A stretch of DNA of 61,393 bases. It comes from an uncultured Bacilli bacterium (lineage in GTDB: Bacteria; Bacillota_I; Bacilli_A; RF39; UBA660). A model generated the notes under the pieces. It saw only the letters and a program-made list of their open reading frames with translations. It made no database searches and was not told the DNA's origin. Of this stretch, positions 1 through 10,006 are shown one piece after another (position 1 is the first letter of the stretch; each line of letters begins with the position of its first letter). The stretch spans positions 1 through 61,393 of the forward strand of contig CANQWY010000003.1 in NCBI GenBank assembly GCA_947627675.1, read 5' to 3'. Both the position numbers and the translations under genes were made by a program.

Positions 1-483
1 GATATAAAACATTCTGGTAATTATAGTTATAAATTTATTGTTGAAGTTCCTATAGATACTGATTATTATCACGTTAGTTATATTTTACCATTTAATTTAA
101 TACAAGATCATATTTATTATGCAACTGAATTTGTATATATTCCAAATCAATTAGTTAGTCCAGGTCAATTTGATATGTACGCAGTAGATAGATCTGATGG
201 ACCCAAAGTTGAATATGGAAATGTAACATTAGATTCTTTAAAAATAAAGGAATGGAATAAATTAAGTTTTTCTTTTATATCAAAAGAATCAGATAATTAT
301 TGGTTTAGACTATTTTATACAACTGTTCAAAATACAATATATTTTGATGATATAATGTTTATTGATTTAACAGAAGTATTTGGAAGTGGAAATGAGCCAT
401 CTAAAGAATATTTAGATAAATACTTAAATTATTTTAATGGAACATCTACGATTGTATATCAAGATGATGTAATGAAGGAATAA
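1..483 (+). CDS. 3' end of a larger ORF (5' end outside window); beta-sandwich/carbohydrate-binding-like C-terminal module of a surface or phage-tail-fibre-like protein
   Basis: Frame 1 is open from nt 1 to TAA 481-483. The C-terminal ...DLTEVFGSGNEPSKEYLDKYL tail resembles tips of Firmicute phage receptor-binding proteins, and loosely the modules in the tail protein at 42334-46926. Confidence 0.45.
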   Translation, partial: DIKHSGNYSYKFIVEVPIDTDYYHVSYILPFNLIQDHIYYATEFVYIPNQLVSPGQFDMYAVDRSDGPKVEYGNVTLDSLKIKEWNKLSFSFISKESDNYWFRLFYTTVQNTIYFDDIMFIDLTEVFGSGNEPSKEYLDKYLNYFNGTSTIVYQDDVMKE

Positions 484-692
484 CTAATAGACGACTTCTA
501 CTTTATAAATTTATTTATTTTAATCATATTTTAGGATATAATATATTTGTATATGATAGGAGGAGAGTTATCATTAAAAACGATTGGTATTTAAAGAATA
601 TAAACGATATATATAAAGAGCTTTTTACTAGTAACAAAGGATTATCTTCTAAAGAAGCCAATGCTAGATTATTAAAAAATGGAAAAAATATA

Positions 693-3227
693 TTGCCAAA
701 AAAGAAAAAAGATAGCCTTTTAAAAATATTTTTTAGTGAATTTAAAGATCCGATAATAGTTTTATTATTAGTAGCTATTATATCATCTATTATAGTAGGT
801 GAAATAGTAGATGCAATTACAATATTATTTATCATATTAATAGATGCTATTATTGGAACTTATGAAGAAAATAAAGCGAATAACACAATGGACAGTCTTT
901 CTAAATTAGTAACTTTTAAAGTAAGCGTTCTAAGAGATAATAAAAAATGTAAAATAGAAGCGGAAAATTTAGTAGTAGGTGATATAGTATTCTTAGAATC
1001 AGGAGATAGAGTTAGTGCTGATTTAAGAATAATAGAATCCAAGAACTTAATGGTAGATGAATCTATTTTAACAGGAGAAAGTATTCAGGTTGAAAAAAAC
1101 TCTTTTAATATTAATAACAAAGAATTATCTATATCTGATCAAAGTAATATGCTTTTTTCTGGTACTACTATTGCAAAAGGAAGAGCAACTGGAATTGTTG
1201 TTGCAACCTCTACAAATACTCAAATAGGACAAATAGCTCACACTATAAATGAAACGAAAGATGAAAAATCTCCACTTACTATAAAAATTGAAAAGTTATC
1301 TAAACAAATTAGTATATTAGTACTAAGTATTGCAATTTTTATAACCATTCTCTTAATTATAAAAAAGGTTAATTATACTGAAATATTTTTATCAGTAATA
1401 GCTCTTTCAGTTTCTGCAATGCCTGAAGGTTTACCTCTTGCTCTTACTATGGCTCTTTCAATAGCATCTACTAAAATGTCGAAAAAAAATGTTGTCGTAA
1501 GAAAACTTAATTCCGTTGAAGCTCTTGGAAGTTGTAATGTAATTGCAACAGATAAGACAGGTACTCTTACTCTTAATGAACAAACTGCTAAAAGAATTTT
1601 ACTCCCTAACGAGTGTTGTTATGAAATAACTGGTATAGGTTATGAAGAACAAGGAAAAATTAAATGCTTAAATAAAGAAAATGATAATATAGATTTAGTA
1701 AAAGAAATAGCTTTATATGGTCTTATTAACAATGAAGCTAAAATTGAAGGAAATAAAAAAATAGGAGATTCTATTGATATAGCTTTCAAAATTTTAGCTA
1801 AAAAACTAAATGTAACTGATAATGAAATAAAAATAATAAGTACAATTCCTTATGAATCTGAAAATAAGTATTCTGCTGCATTTTTTGAAAAAGATAATGA
1901 TGTATATTGTACGATAAAAGGTTCTCTAGAAAAAGTTAGTCTTTATTGCGATAAAATTAATTTAATTAATAAAAAAATTAATAAAGAAATTTTAGAAAAA
2001 CAAAATAATTACTTAGCTGGCGATGGATATAGAGTGATTTCAATTGCTTGTGGTAAAGTTTCTAGAAAGGATTTTTATACTGAAGATGATATTAAAAATT
2101 TAACTTTTATAGGAATGGTCGGCTTTATTGATCCGATTAGAAAAGAAGTAAAAAAATCTATTTCCGAATGTAGAGATGCTGGTATTAAAGTACTTATGAT
2201 TACAGGAGACCATCCGCTTACTGCATTTTCTATTGCAAAAGATTTAAATTTAGTTACTAATTATAATTATGTAACAACGGGTAAAGAGGTAGATGAATAT
2301 TTAAAAAAAGGAAATATTTCTTTTGATAAATTTGTAGACAGTAAATATGTCTTTTCAAGAGTTAGTCCATTACAAAAATTAGAGATAGTTAATTCTTTAA
2401 AGAGAAATGGAAAGTTCGTTGCAGTAACAGGCGATGGAGTAAATGATGCTCCTGCATTAAAAGCTGCTAATATAGGTATTGCTATGGGAAGTGGCACAGA
2501 TATTAGTAAAGATGTAAGTAAAATGGTAATTTTAGATGATAATTTTAAATCAATAGTTAGTGGTATTAAAGAAGGAAGAGTTGCTTATAGTAATATTCGA
2601 AAAATAATATTTTTCTTAATTTCTTGTGGTCTTGCTGAGGTTATATTTTTTTCTTTATCAATATTATTTTCTTTGCCATTACCACTTATTGCAATTCAAT
2701 TATTATGGCTTAATGTAGTTACTGATGGTATTCAAGATTTTGCCTTATCTTTCGAAAAAGCCGAGAAGGGTATTATGAGTGATAAAGTTAGAGATACTGC
2801 TGAAAATTTATTTGATAAGCAATTATTAGAAGAAGTGTTAATATCTGGTTTTATTATTGGCTTGTTTGTTTTTCTTGTATGGTTCTTCTTAATAAAAATT
2901 GCGAAAGTAGAAATTAAAATTGCTAGAAGTTATATAATGGCCCTTATGGTATTTATTCAAAATATACATGTCTTTAATTGTAGAAGTGAGAAAAATTCTA
3001 CTTTTACAATACCACTTAAAAGTAATTTACTAATTGTTTTTGGAGTAGCAATATCAATAATTTTACAAATAATTATAATGGAAACAGACCTTTTTGCAAA
3101 TATTTTAAAAATAACTCCTATACCATATAGTCATTTAATTCATTTATTTATAATTTCATTATCAATACTTTTAATTATGGAAGTATATAAATTTGTTAAA
3201 TATAAAAAAATAAAAACTATTAAATAG
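693..3227 (+). CDS. P-type (P2, Ca2+/cation-transporting) ATPase
   Basis: Motifs TGES, DKTGTLT (phospho-Asp), MITGDHP and [12 protein letters not shown], with many TM segments. The true start is probably upstream (ATC 570 or ATT 573 after AGGAGG 558-563), because the conserved N-terminal segment precedes the TTG at 693. Confidence 0.95.
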   Translation: MPKKKKDSLLKIFFSEFKDPIIVLLLVAIISSIIVGEIVDAITILFIILIDAIIGTYEENKANNTMDSLSKLVTFKVSVLRDNKKCKIEAENLVVGDIVFLESGDRVSADLRIIESKNLMVDESILTGESIQVEKNSFNINNKELSISDQSNMLFSGTTIAKGRATGIVVATSTNTQIGQIAHTINETKDEKSPLTIKIEKLSKQISILVLSIAIFITILLIIKKVNYTEIFLSVIALSVSAMPEGLPLALTMALSIASTKMSKKNVVVRKLNSVEALGSCNVIATDKTGTLTLNEQTAKRILLPNECCYEITGIGYEEQGKIKCLNKENDNIDLVKEIALYGLINNEAKIEGNKKIGDSIDIAFKILAKKLNVTDNEIKIISTIPYESENKYSAAFFEKDNDVYCTIKGSLEKVSLYCDKINLINKKINKEILEKQNNYLAGDGYRVISIACGKVSRKDFYTEDDIKNLTFIGMVGFIDPIRKEVKKSISECRDAGIKVLMITGDHPLTAFSIAKDLNLVTNYNYVTTGKEVDEYLKKGNISFDKFVDSKYVFSRVSPLQKLEIVNSLKRNGKFVAVTGDGVNDAPALKAANIGIAMGSGTDISKDVSKMVILDDNFKSIVSGIKEGRVAYSNIRKIIFFLISCGLAEVIFFSLSILFSLPLPLIAIQLLWLNVVTDGIQDFALSFEKAEKGIMSDKVRDTAENLFDKQLLEEVLISGFIIGLFVFLVWFFLIKIAKVEIKIARSYIMALMVFIQNIHVFNCRSEKNSTFTIPLKSNLLIVFGVAISIILQIIIMETDLFANILKITPIPYSHLIHLFIISLSILLIMEVYKFVKYKKIKTIK

Positions 3228-3391
3228 TTTTTAATTTGGTATTAGTAATGTAAGATATATAATTATTTGTATTATTAGGTATTTTTAGAATTTGGCCTAT
3301 GCTTAGAGTATTGGTATTCAAATTATTGGCTTTTTTTAAATCATCAATAGAAATATTATATGCTTTACTAATACTATATAAAGTATCTCCT
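2896..3391. repeat. Direct-repeat copy A: ATPase 3' end, intergenic DNA and an internal fragment of the LysM gene
   Basis: 2896-3250 matches 4332-4686 (355 nt, 5 mismatches by eye). 3251-3391 matches 4950-5090 (141 nt, 1 mismatch). Confidence 0.9.
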
Positions 3392-3434
3392 GATACCTTT
3401 TTTTATGTAATATTTTTAAATGTAAATTTTCATT

Positions 3435-4046
3435 TCATTTTCTTAAAGACTTTCTTAATGCCTTGTATCTATATGTATTATTTAAATCTTTTGCTTTTAA
3501 ACAATTAAAAGCTACATCAGTGCCTTCTAACATAAATACTGAATAAAAGTATGGTTTCTTTAATTCTCCAATTATTTTTTCTGAAATAGTGCCTTTGCTT
3601 TCTCCAATTTCTTGATGATATTTACCATTAGGCATCATAATAGTAACACAGCATTTATAAGTAGCATTTCTATTTTTTTCGCCTTTTAATTTATTTAATA
3701 ATTTTATAACACACTGATATTTCGGTAAATTAGGGTTTAATAACAGTTCATCATCTGCATATCTTGATGTGTAGACGCCAGGTTCACCATTTAAAGCATC
3801 TACAAATAACCCTGTATCATCTGTTATAATTGGATTTTCAAAATTATGTTCTTTACAAAAAGATAAAATTGCATTCGCTTTAATCAACGAATTTTCTTTA
3901 ATAGTAGAGCCTGTTTCTTCTATTTCTCCTCTATCCCAGCCAATATCTGCCATACTCAAAACTTCTAATTCTAAATTCATTTCATTAATAATACTTTGTA
4001 AATCTTCGATTTTTCGTTGACTAGTTGTTCCAAAAATTATTTTCAT
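3435..4046 (-). CDS. rdgB: RdgB/HAM1-family non-canonical purine NTP pyrophosphatase
   Basis: MKIIFGTTSQRKIEDL...ITDDTGLFVDALNGEPGVYTSRYA matches the ITPase/HAM1 signature. ATG 4046 lies 7 nt after GGAG; the ORF-track start at 4067 is probably too long. Confidence 0.8.
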   Translation of the reverse strand: MKIIFGTTSQRKIEDLQSIINEMNLELEVLSMADIGWDRGEIEETGSTIKENSLIKANAILSFCKEHNFENPIITDDTGLFVDALNGEPGVYTSRYADDELLLNPNLPKYQCVIKLLNKLKGEKNRNATYKCCVTIMMPNGKYHQEIGESKGTISEKIIGELKKPYFYSVFMLEGTDVAFNCLKAKDLNNTYRYKALRKSLRK

Positions 4047-4076
4047 AAAATCATCTCCTATAAACATTATATTATA

Positions 4077-4331
4077 TTAATAATTGTTAAAAGTAAATAT
4101 AATAGCTATACTCTTATCTTGATAAACATATATTTTTTCAACTAAATCTATTATTAATTCTCTTGTTGGATTTTCTATTGATAAAAATTCATCAATGTAT
4201 TTTTCTATTTCTTTTTTTATACTTTCACTTACTCTTAAATATTGGGATTCATCGATAATACCTTTCGACATATTTATATAAGTTTTATCTAAATTTTCAG
4301 TTAGTTTATTATTTGTAAGTTCTAGACTTTC
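4077..4331 (-). pseudogene. 3' remnant of a large serine recombinase gene (coiled-coil plus DUF4368-like C-terminus)
   Basis: The minus-strand frame reads ESLELTNNKLTENLDKTYINMSKGIIDESQYLRVSE...PTRELIIDLVEKIYVYQDKSIAIIFTF. This is typical of the C-terminal end of TnpX/TndX-type recombinases. There is no catalytic domain, and the recombinase-like sequence stops exactly at repeat boundary 4331/4332. Confidence 0.6.
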
Positions 4332-4663
4332 AAATTGCGAAAGTAGAAATTAAAATTGTTAGAAGTTATATAATAGCTCTTATGGTATTTATTCAAAATA
4401 TACATGTCTTTAATTTTAGAAGTGAGAAAAATTCTACTTTTACAATACCACTTAAAAGTAATTTGCTAATTGTTTTTGGAGTAGCAATATCAATAATTTT
4501 ACAAATAATTATAATGGAAACAGACCTTTTTGCAAATATTTTAAAAATAACTCCTATACCATATAGTCATTTAATTCATTTATTTATAATTTCATTATCA
4601 ATACTTTTAATTATGGAAGTATATAAATTTGTTAAATATAAAAAAATAAAAACTATTAAATAG
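4332..4663 (+). pseudogene. Orphan duplicate of the last ~110 codons of the P-type ATPase
   Basis: Near-identical to 2896-3227. It has no upstream ATPase body, and the 93-aa ORF 4382-4663 is just this fragment. Confidence 0.9.
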
Positions 4664-5090
4664 TTTTTAATTTGGTATTAGTAATGATTGATTTATCGAT
4701 AATACATTCGAAGTTAAATTATTAAGTTTTTTAATCGAGTCTACACTTACTCCGAATAATTTTGAAATAGAGTATAATGTATCTCCACTTTTTACTATAT
4801 ATTTTCTATATTCGTCACTTTGTGGTATTATCAAGTTTTGTCCTATTGATAATATACTATTAGATAAATTATTTAGATTCATAAGTTCAGTAATAGAAAT
4901 ATTAAATTTATTTGCAATAGAATATAATGTATCTCCTTTTTTAACAGTATAAGATATATAATTATTTGTATTATTAGGTATTTTTAGAATTTGGCCTATA
5001 CTTAGAGTATTGGTATTCAAATTATTGGCTTTTTTTAAATCATCAATAGAAATATTATATGCTTTACTAATACTATATAAAGTATCTCCT
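4332..5090. repeat. Direct-repeat copy B (contains 263 nt, 4687-4949, absent from copy A)
   Basis: Partner of 2896-3391; see copy A. Confidence 0.9.
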
Positions 5091-5770
5091 TTTTTAACAG
5101 TATAATTTATTTCATTTTTGTTGCTATCATCACTTGTTTTTGGAATTAGAATAGTTTGGCCAACTATTAATACATTGGTAGATAGATTGTTTATATTTTT
5201 GATAACATCAATTGTTGTATCGAATTTTTTTGCAATTGAGTATAGTGTGTCTCCTTTTTTTACAATATACTCTTCAGTTTGTGCTGGAATATCTATTTGA
5301 GAACAATTGGCAAGTGCAGAGTATGTTTGATTTATAGTATTCCAAGTTTGAGAGTCTGTAATCCCTGATGCTAAAATTTTATTATTTACTTGAAATGTTT
5401 TAACAGCATTTTCTAATTCAGTATCATAATATCCTGTAATATCACCATCATAGTAAAGAAGTGTTTTAAGTTTATTTTGCAATTCTTTTACTTCATTGCC
5501 TTCAGAATTTAATTCTAAAGTTTTTTCTATTCTCATAGATCTGTTGTCATTTTTAGTTTCATCAATTAATAATTCCCAAGTTTCAGAATTTATTACTCCT
5601 GTTATTGGAAGATTATTTATTTGTTGAAATGAAATGACAGCATTTTCAGTTGTGGTATCAAAACTTCCAGTAATACTAGCAGGATATAAATTTAGGATTT
5701 TTAAAAGTTGTTGGGCTATTTTTACATAATTACCAGTGTCATTTAATTGTAAAGTAGGATAATTTGACAT
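4667..5770 (-). CDS. Cell-wall-binding protein with two PG_binding_1 domains and four LysM repeats
   Basis: Two copies of G(N)xVKxxQxxL...TGxxDxxTxxAVxxFQ, then four copies of (Y)xVKKGDTLYSIAxKF... Confidence 0.9.
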   Translation of the reverse strand: MSNYPTLQLNDTGNYVKIAQQLLKILNLYPASITGSFDTTTENAVISFQQINNLPITGVINSETWELLIDETKNDNRSMRIEKTLELNSEGNEVKELQNKLKTLLYYDGDITGYYDTELENAVKTFQVNNKILASGITDSQTWNTINQTYSALANCSQIDIPAQTEEYIVKKGDTLYSIAKKFDTTIDVIKNINNLSTNVLIVGQTILIPKTSDDSNKNEINYTVKKGDTLYSISKAYNISIDDLKKANNLNTNTLSIGQILKIPNNTNNYISYTVKKGDTLYSIANKFNISITELMNLNNLSNSILSIGQNLIIPQSDEYRKYIVKSGDTLYSISKLFGVSVDSIKKLNNLTSNVLSINQSLLIPN

Positions 5771-5855
5771 TTTATCACCTCTATTAATATTATATAAAAA
5801 ATAATAAGAGTATGTTACAAATAACTAGAATATAATATAAAGAGGTGAAAAATAT

Positions 5856-7082
5856 ATGAATAATGATTCTATAGGATATTTAATTGTTAATGTCTATACA
5901 GATAATATTGCTCAACCAGTATATAATGCTAAAGTACAAGTAATAGGAGAAAATACTAATATAGAACTTTATACTGATTCATCAGGACAAACAGAAAAAA
6001 TACAACTACCAGCACCTAATATTAGTAACTCATTAAATGAACAAAGTGAAATAATTCCTTATAGTAAATATACAGTTATTGTAACAAAAGATAATTTAAC
6101 TACAGCAAGATATGAAGGAGTAGAAGTTTATCCAACAGAAACATCAAGACAAGATATTTATTTGACTAATGAGAGTGAGAATTTACAAAAAGAAGAGGTT
6201 GTTAACATTGATCCTCCTACATTATGGGGCGAATATCCTAATCAAATAGAAGACGAAGATGAAAATGGTAATTATGGCATTATGACACTTGTTTTAAAAC
6301 AAGTAGTAGTACCTAAGAATATAATTGTTCATGATGGTATCCCATCTAATAAAAATGCTAGTAATTATACTGTTAATTTTACTGATTATATAAAAAATGT
6401 TGCTTGTAGTGAAATATATAGTACATGGCCAAAAGAAACTATAAAAGCTAATGTAATTGCCATTATTTCTTTTACTTTAAATAGAATTTATACAGAATGG
6501 TATTTGTCTAAAGGATATGATTTTACAGTTACATCTACTACTACATATGATCAAAAATATACAAGAGGAAGAACTATTTTTGATTCTATCTCTAATATTG
6601 TAGATGAAATATTTACAAGTTATATCAAAACTAAAAATTTACCTCAGCCAATACTTGCTCATTATCAAGCAACTACAAATGAGGCTGGTTATCTTAGTCA
6701 ATGGGGCTCTAAATATTTAGGAGATCAAGGTTATACTGCTTTGGAAATACTTAGATATTATTATGGTAATGTAGATATTGTAAATGCACCAACAGTAGAA
6801 GAATATCCTTATTCTTATCCTGGTAGCCCTTTGCAAGAGGGGGATTGTAGTAATGATGTTCAAATTATTCAAAATCAATTAAATTATATTGGAGGAAGCT
6901 ATCCAGCAATTAATTTAATAAAAGATGCTAATGGCTATTTTAATAGTGATACAACAGAAGCTGTAAAAACATTTCAAAAAATATTTTCTTTACCATCAAC
7001 TGGTATAGTTGATTTTGCAACCTGGTATAAAATATCATATATTTATGTTTCTGTTAAAGATATGCTTAAAAGTATTTATTAA
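5856..7082 (+). CDS. SleC-like spore-cortex-lytic / peptidoglycan-binding protein (N-terminal carboxypeptidase-regulatory-like fold, SpoIID-like core, C-terminal PG_binding_1)
   Basis: C-terminal GDCSNDVQIIQNQLN...TEAVKTFQKIFSLPSTGIVDFATW is a PG_binding_1 domain. The core ...ACSEIYSTWPKETIKANVIAIISFTLNRIYTEWY is SpoIID/SleC-like. Called by eye only. Confidence 0.55.
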   Translation: MNNDSIGYLIVNVYTDNIAQPVYNAKVQVIGENTNIELYTDSSGQTEKIQLPAPNISNSLNEQSEIIPYSKYTVIVTKDNLTTARYEGVEVYPTETSRQDIYLTNESENLQKEEVVNIDPPTLWGEYPNQIEDEDENGNYGIMTLVLKQVVVPKNIIVHDGIPSNKNASNYTVNFTDYIKNVACSEIYSTWPKETIKANVIAIISFTLNRIYTEWYLSKGYDFTVTSTTTYDQKYTRGRTIFDSISNIVDEIFTSYIKTKNLPQPILAHYQATTNEAGYLSQWGSKYLGDQGYTALEILRYYYGNVDIVNAPTVEEYPYSYPGSPLQEGDCSNDVQIIQNQLNYIGGSYPAINLIKDANGYFNSDTTEAVKTFQKIFSLPSTGIVDFATWYKISYIYVSVKDMLKSIY

Positions 7083-7167
7083 TTTTTAAATTTTTGATAC
7101 AATTAAGTTATAAAATTATGATAGTTGTATAACATAAGATATATAATGCAAAATTGAGGTGCTTATA

Positions 7168-8136
7168 ATGAATGAAGATTTTAATTACTTGAATAATACT
7201 ATAAATCAAAGTGATAATTTTGATATTAAAAGTAAAAGAATTAGTATTATAAAAACATATGGTGAAAATTTTAATGAAAAGGAATATATTACAAATCCAG
7301 CGATTGGTAGAGAAAAAGAATTAAAAGAATTAATGCTTATATTGTTAACTCCCGATAAATCTGCTATTTTAACTGGAAAACCAGGAGTTGGTAAAACTGC
7401 GATTGTAGAAGGCTTTGCATATTTAATACAAACTGGTAATGTTCCTGATAGCTTGAAAAAATATCAAATAATTAAAATAAATACATCAGCTTTACTTGGT
7501 ATAGATCCAGTGACAAAGGAAGCGAAAATTCAAAACTTAATTGAAGAGTTAAAGGATTATAGTAATTTGATTTTATTTATTGATGAAATTCACACATTAA
7601 TGGGTTCTAAAGGAGAAAGTCTAGATTTTGCTAATATGTTTAAGCCTGGTCTTGATAGAGGAGATATTAAAGTAATTGGAGCCACAACAACTGAAGAGTA
7701 TGAAAGGTATATATTAAGAGATAAAGCCTTTGTTAGACGTTTTCAGAAAGTTATTGTAGAAGAGCCAACAAGAGAGCAGAATATTGAAATATGTCTTGGT
7801 ACTATTCCTAAAATAGAAAAGAGAACGGGAATAAAGCTCTTGTATTCTAATTTTATTAAAAAAACGTTGATGGAATTTTTAACAGATATTACTAGTGAGT
7901 ATAAAAGAATCTATGAAATAGGATCAAGATATCCAGATGTTACTTTAACGATGATTCAAGAGGCGTTTTCATATGCTCTTTTTGAGAATAGAGATCACGT
8001 AAATGTTCTTGATTTTAGAAAAGCAATTGAAAATAGTAAAAATATTTATCCAGATGTTATCAAAAAATCTCTTTTAGAATTTGACACTACTTTTGCTAGT
8101 GAAATAGAAGAAGCGAGATTTGATATAAGTTTATAA
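7168..8136 (+). CDS. Stand-alone AAA+ ATPase resembling the D1 module of ClpA/B/C
   Basis: GREKELKELMLIL...LTGKPGVGKTAIVEGFAYLI (Walker A), LILFIDEIHTLMG (Walker B), IGATTTEEYERYILRDKAFVRRFQKVIVEEP. There is no N-domain, D2 or ClpP loop. ATG 7168 lies 8 nt after GAGG. Confidence 0.8.
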   Translation: MNEDFNYLNNTINQSDNFDIKSKRISIIKTYGENFNEKEYITNPAIGREKELKELMLILLTPDKSAILTGKPGVGKTAIVEGFAYLIQTGNVPDSLKKYQIIKINTSALLGIDPVTKEAKIQNLIEELKDYSNLILFIDEIHTLMGSKGESLDFANMFKPGLDRGDIKVIGATTTEEYERYILRDKAFVRRFQKVIVEEPTREQNIEICLGTIPKIEKRTGIKLLYSNFIKKTLMEFLTDITSEYKRIYEIGSRYPDVTLTMIQEAFSYALFENRDHVNVLDFRKAIENSKNIYPDVIKKSLLEFDTTFASEIEEARFDISL

Positions 8137-8150
8137 TAATTATATATAGG

Positions 8151-8180
8151 CTATTGCAAGATTATTTGTGATAGTTTTTT
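8151..8180 (+). terminator. Rho-independent terminator after the AAA+ gene
   Basis: CTATTGCAA / TTGTGATAG stem (two G-U pairs), 6-nt loop, T6 run. Confidence 0.5.
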
Positions 8181-8357
8181 AATTTATAATCTTGTTATGA
8201 CAATATTAAATAAAGCATTTATTAGTATTATAATAAATTAAGTAATAACTATGATTATTAGCTTTTTTCTTTTTTAAAATCACCTTAAAATTAAGTATAA
8301 AATTTATAGATTATTTTATAATAAAAATGTATAATAAGGTTAATTAGGAGTATTTTG

Positions 8358-9911
8358 ATGAAAAATAAAAAAAATAATAATTTAATAAAAGATAAAGATA
8401 AAGAAAAAATATTTAAAACATTAAAAGAAGATGAAAAACTATTAAATATTGATATTTCAGTTGATAATTTTTCTGATGAGGGTAATATTGATAATAATGA
8501 AAAATTAGATATGGTTAAAAATAAAAAATATCCTTGGCAATTAATAATAAGCATTATTTTTATAGTATTAATTGGCTTTGGTATAATTATATCAATTACT
8601 TGTGCTCCTAAACTAACACTTAATTCTTCTAAAAAGATAAATTTAAATTATAAAGAAAAATATAAAGAACCTGGTTATAAATTAATAGTTAATAATAAAG
8701 ATTATAGTGATAAAGTAAAAATAAAAGGTAGAGTTAATTCTAATAAATTAGGCACTTATGAAATAGAATATTATTATAAAAATGGAATATTTAGAACTAG
8801 TAAAAAAAGAATTGTTGTAGTAAAAGATAAAACTAAACCTGTTATTATGTTATCTGGTTCTAAAAATACTTATATTTGTCCTAATAGTAGCTATAAAGAG
8901 GATGGCTATGAGGCTATCGATAATTATGATGGTAATATTACTAAGAATGTTCAAATAGTTAAAAATGATACTGAGTATATTTATTCTGTAAAAGATAGTT
9001 CAGGTAATAAAACAATTATTAAAAGAAATATCTTTAAAAAAGATATAGTAAAACCTGTAATTACATTTAATGATGATAAAATTATTAATATTGAAGTTGG
9101 AAGTAGCTATAATGATAAAAATTACGTTGCTTTTGATAATTGTGATTTAGATATTACAGACAAGGTAGTTATAGAAGGGAGTTATGATATTAATAAAGTT
9201 GGTAGTTACGTTTTAAAATATAAAGTTAAAGATGATGCATTAAATGAAACCATTGAAGAAAAAACTATCAATGTATTGGAAAAAGAAAAAAAGGGTGTTG
9301 TATATCTAACTTTTGATGATGGACCTAAATTGGGTGTGACTGATGAAATTTTAAATATTTTAAAAGAAGAAGGCGTAAAAGCTACGTTTTTTGTAACAAA
9401 TAGTGGCCCTGATTATTTAATAAAACGTGAATATGATGAAGGACATACTGTTGCACTTCATACTTCAAGTCATAATTATTCTGTTGTTTATTCATCTGTT
9501 AATGCTTTTTATAATGATTTAGAAAGTGTTCAAAATAGAGTTTATAATATTACAGGATACAAATCGATGATTATTCGTTTTCCAGGAGGAAGTAGCAATA
9601 CTATAAGTAGAAGATATAAAGAAGGAATAATGTCTACTTTAACAGCAGATGTTCTTCAAAAAGGATATAGATATTATGATTGGAATATTTCTAGTGGAGA
9701 TGCTGGAGAAACCACTTTAAGTAGTCAAGTATATAAAAATGTTATTTCTAATCTTTCTTATGATAGGGTAAATATGGTCCTTATGCATGATATAAAAGAA
9801 TACACCAAAAATGCTTTACGAGATATAATAAGATACTGCAAGCAAAATGGTTATACATTTGAAACAATTAATAATAATACTCCTATGGTTACCCAAAGAG
9901 TTAATAATTAA
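8358..9911 (+). CDS. Membrane-anchored polysaccharide deacetylase (NodB domain) with Ig-like DUF5011 repeats
   Basis: N-terminal TM segment. Repeats of KPVI...DGYEAIDNYDGNIT type. C-terminal VYLTFDDGP...ATFFV...GHTVALHTSSH NodB motifs. Confidence 0.85.
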   Translation: MKNKKNNNLIKDKDKEKIFKTLKEDEKLLNIDISVDNFSDEGNIDNNEKLDMVKNKKYPWQLIISIIFIVLIGFGIIISITCAPKLTLNSSKKINLNYKEKYKEPGYKLIVNNKDYSDKVKIKGRVNSNKLGTYEIEYYYKNGIFRTSKKRIVVVKDKTKPVIMLSGSKNTYICPNSSYKEDGYEAIDNYDGNITKNVQIVKNDTEYIYSVKDSSGNKTIIKRNIFKKDIVKPVITFNDDKIINIEVGSSYNDKNYVAFDNCDLDITDKVVIEGSYDINKVGSYVLKYKVKDDALNETIEEKTINVLEKEKKGVVYLTFDDGPKLGVTDEILNILKEEGVKATFFVTNSGPDYLIKREYDEGHTVALHTSSHNYSVVYSSVNAFYNDLESVQNRVYNITGYKSMIIRFPGGSSNTISRRYKEGIMSTLTADVLQKGYRYYDWNISSGDAGETTLSSQVYKNVISNLSYDRVNMVLMHDIKEYTKNALRDIIRYCKQNGYTFETINNNTPMVTQRVNN

Positions 9912-10006
9912 TAGTGCTAAAATTCACTATTTTTTATTGAATTAAAATAAATAATTTTTTCAAATTTTTAATTTTATCTCTAATAATATTATTGGAGGTT
10001 GATAAT

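Noticed and set aside
524-835. 103-aa minus-strand ORF. The same class covers 860-1042, 2267-2497, 5118-5300, 8291-8554, 9934-10125, 13374-13631, 14003-14233, 17553-18078, 18908-19156, 19708-19941, 21055-21276, 25393-25817, 30518-30821, 33794-33991, 35528-35737, 43865-44062, 46956-47721, 48795-49487 and 55947-56153.
   Set aside because: All lie antisense to, or out of frame within, longer ORFs that have clear family motifs. Their low-complexity Ile/Leu/Phe/Ser-rich translations are typical of AT-rich antisense frames, and none has a convincing SD.
3299-3508. 69-aa plus-strand ORF between the ATPase and the rdgB-like gene.
   Set aside because: It lies across the duplicated LysM-gene fragment (read antisense) and the 3' end of rdgB. 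No SD, and the translation is implausible.
4382-4663. 93-aa ORF that could be annotated as a small membrane protein.
   Set aside because: It is the duplicated last 93 codons of the P-type ATPase (copy B of the repeat), so I treat it as a gene fragment rather than an independent gene.
8258-8276. ATTAGCTTTTTTCTTTTT shared between 8258-8276 and 61155-61172.
   Set aside because: Both are the descending arm plus T-tract of terminator-like hairpins. A short AT-rich match like this is most likely convergent rather than a mobile repeat.
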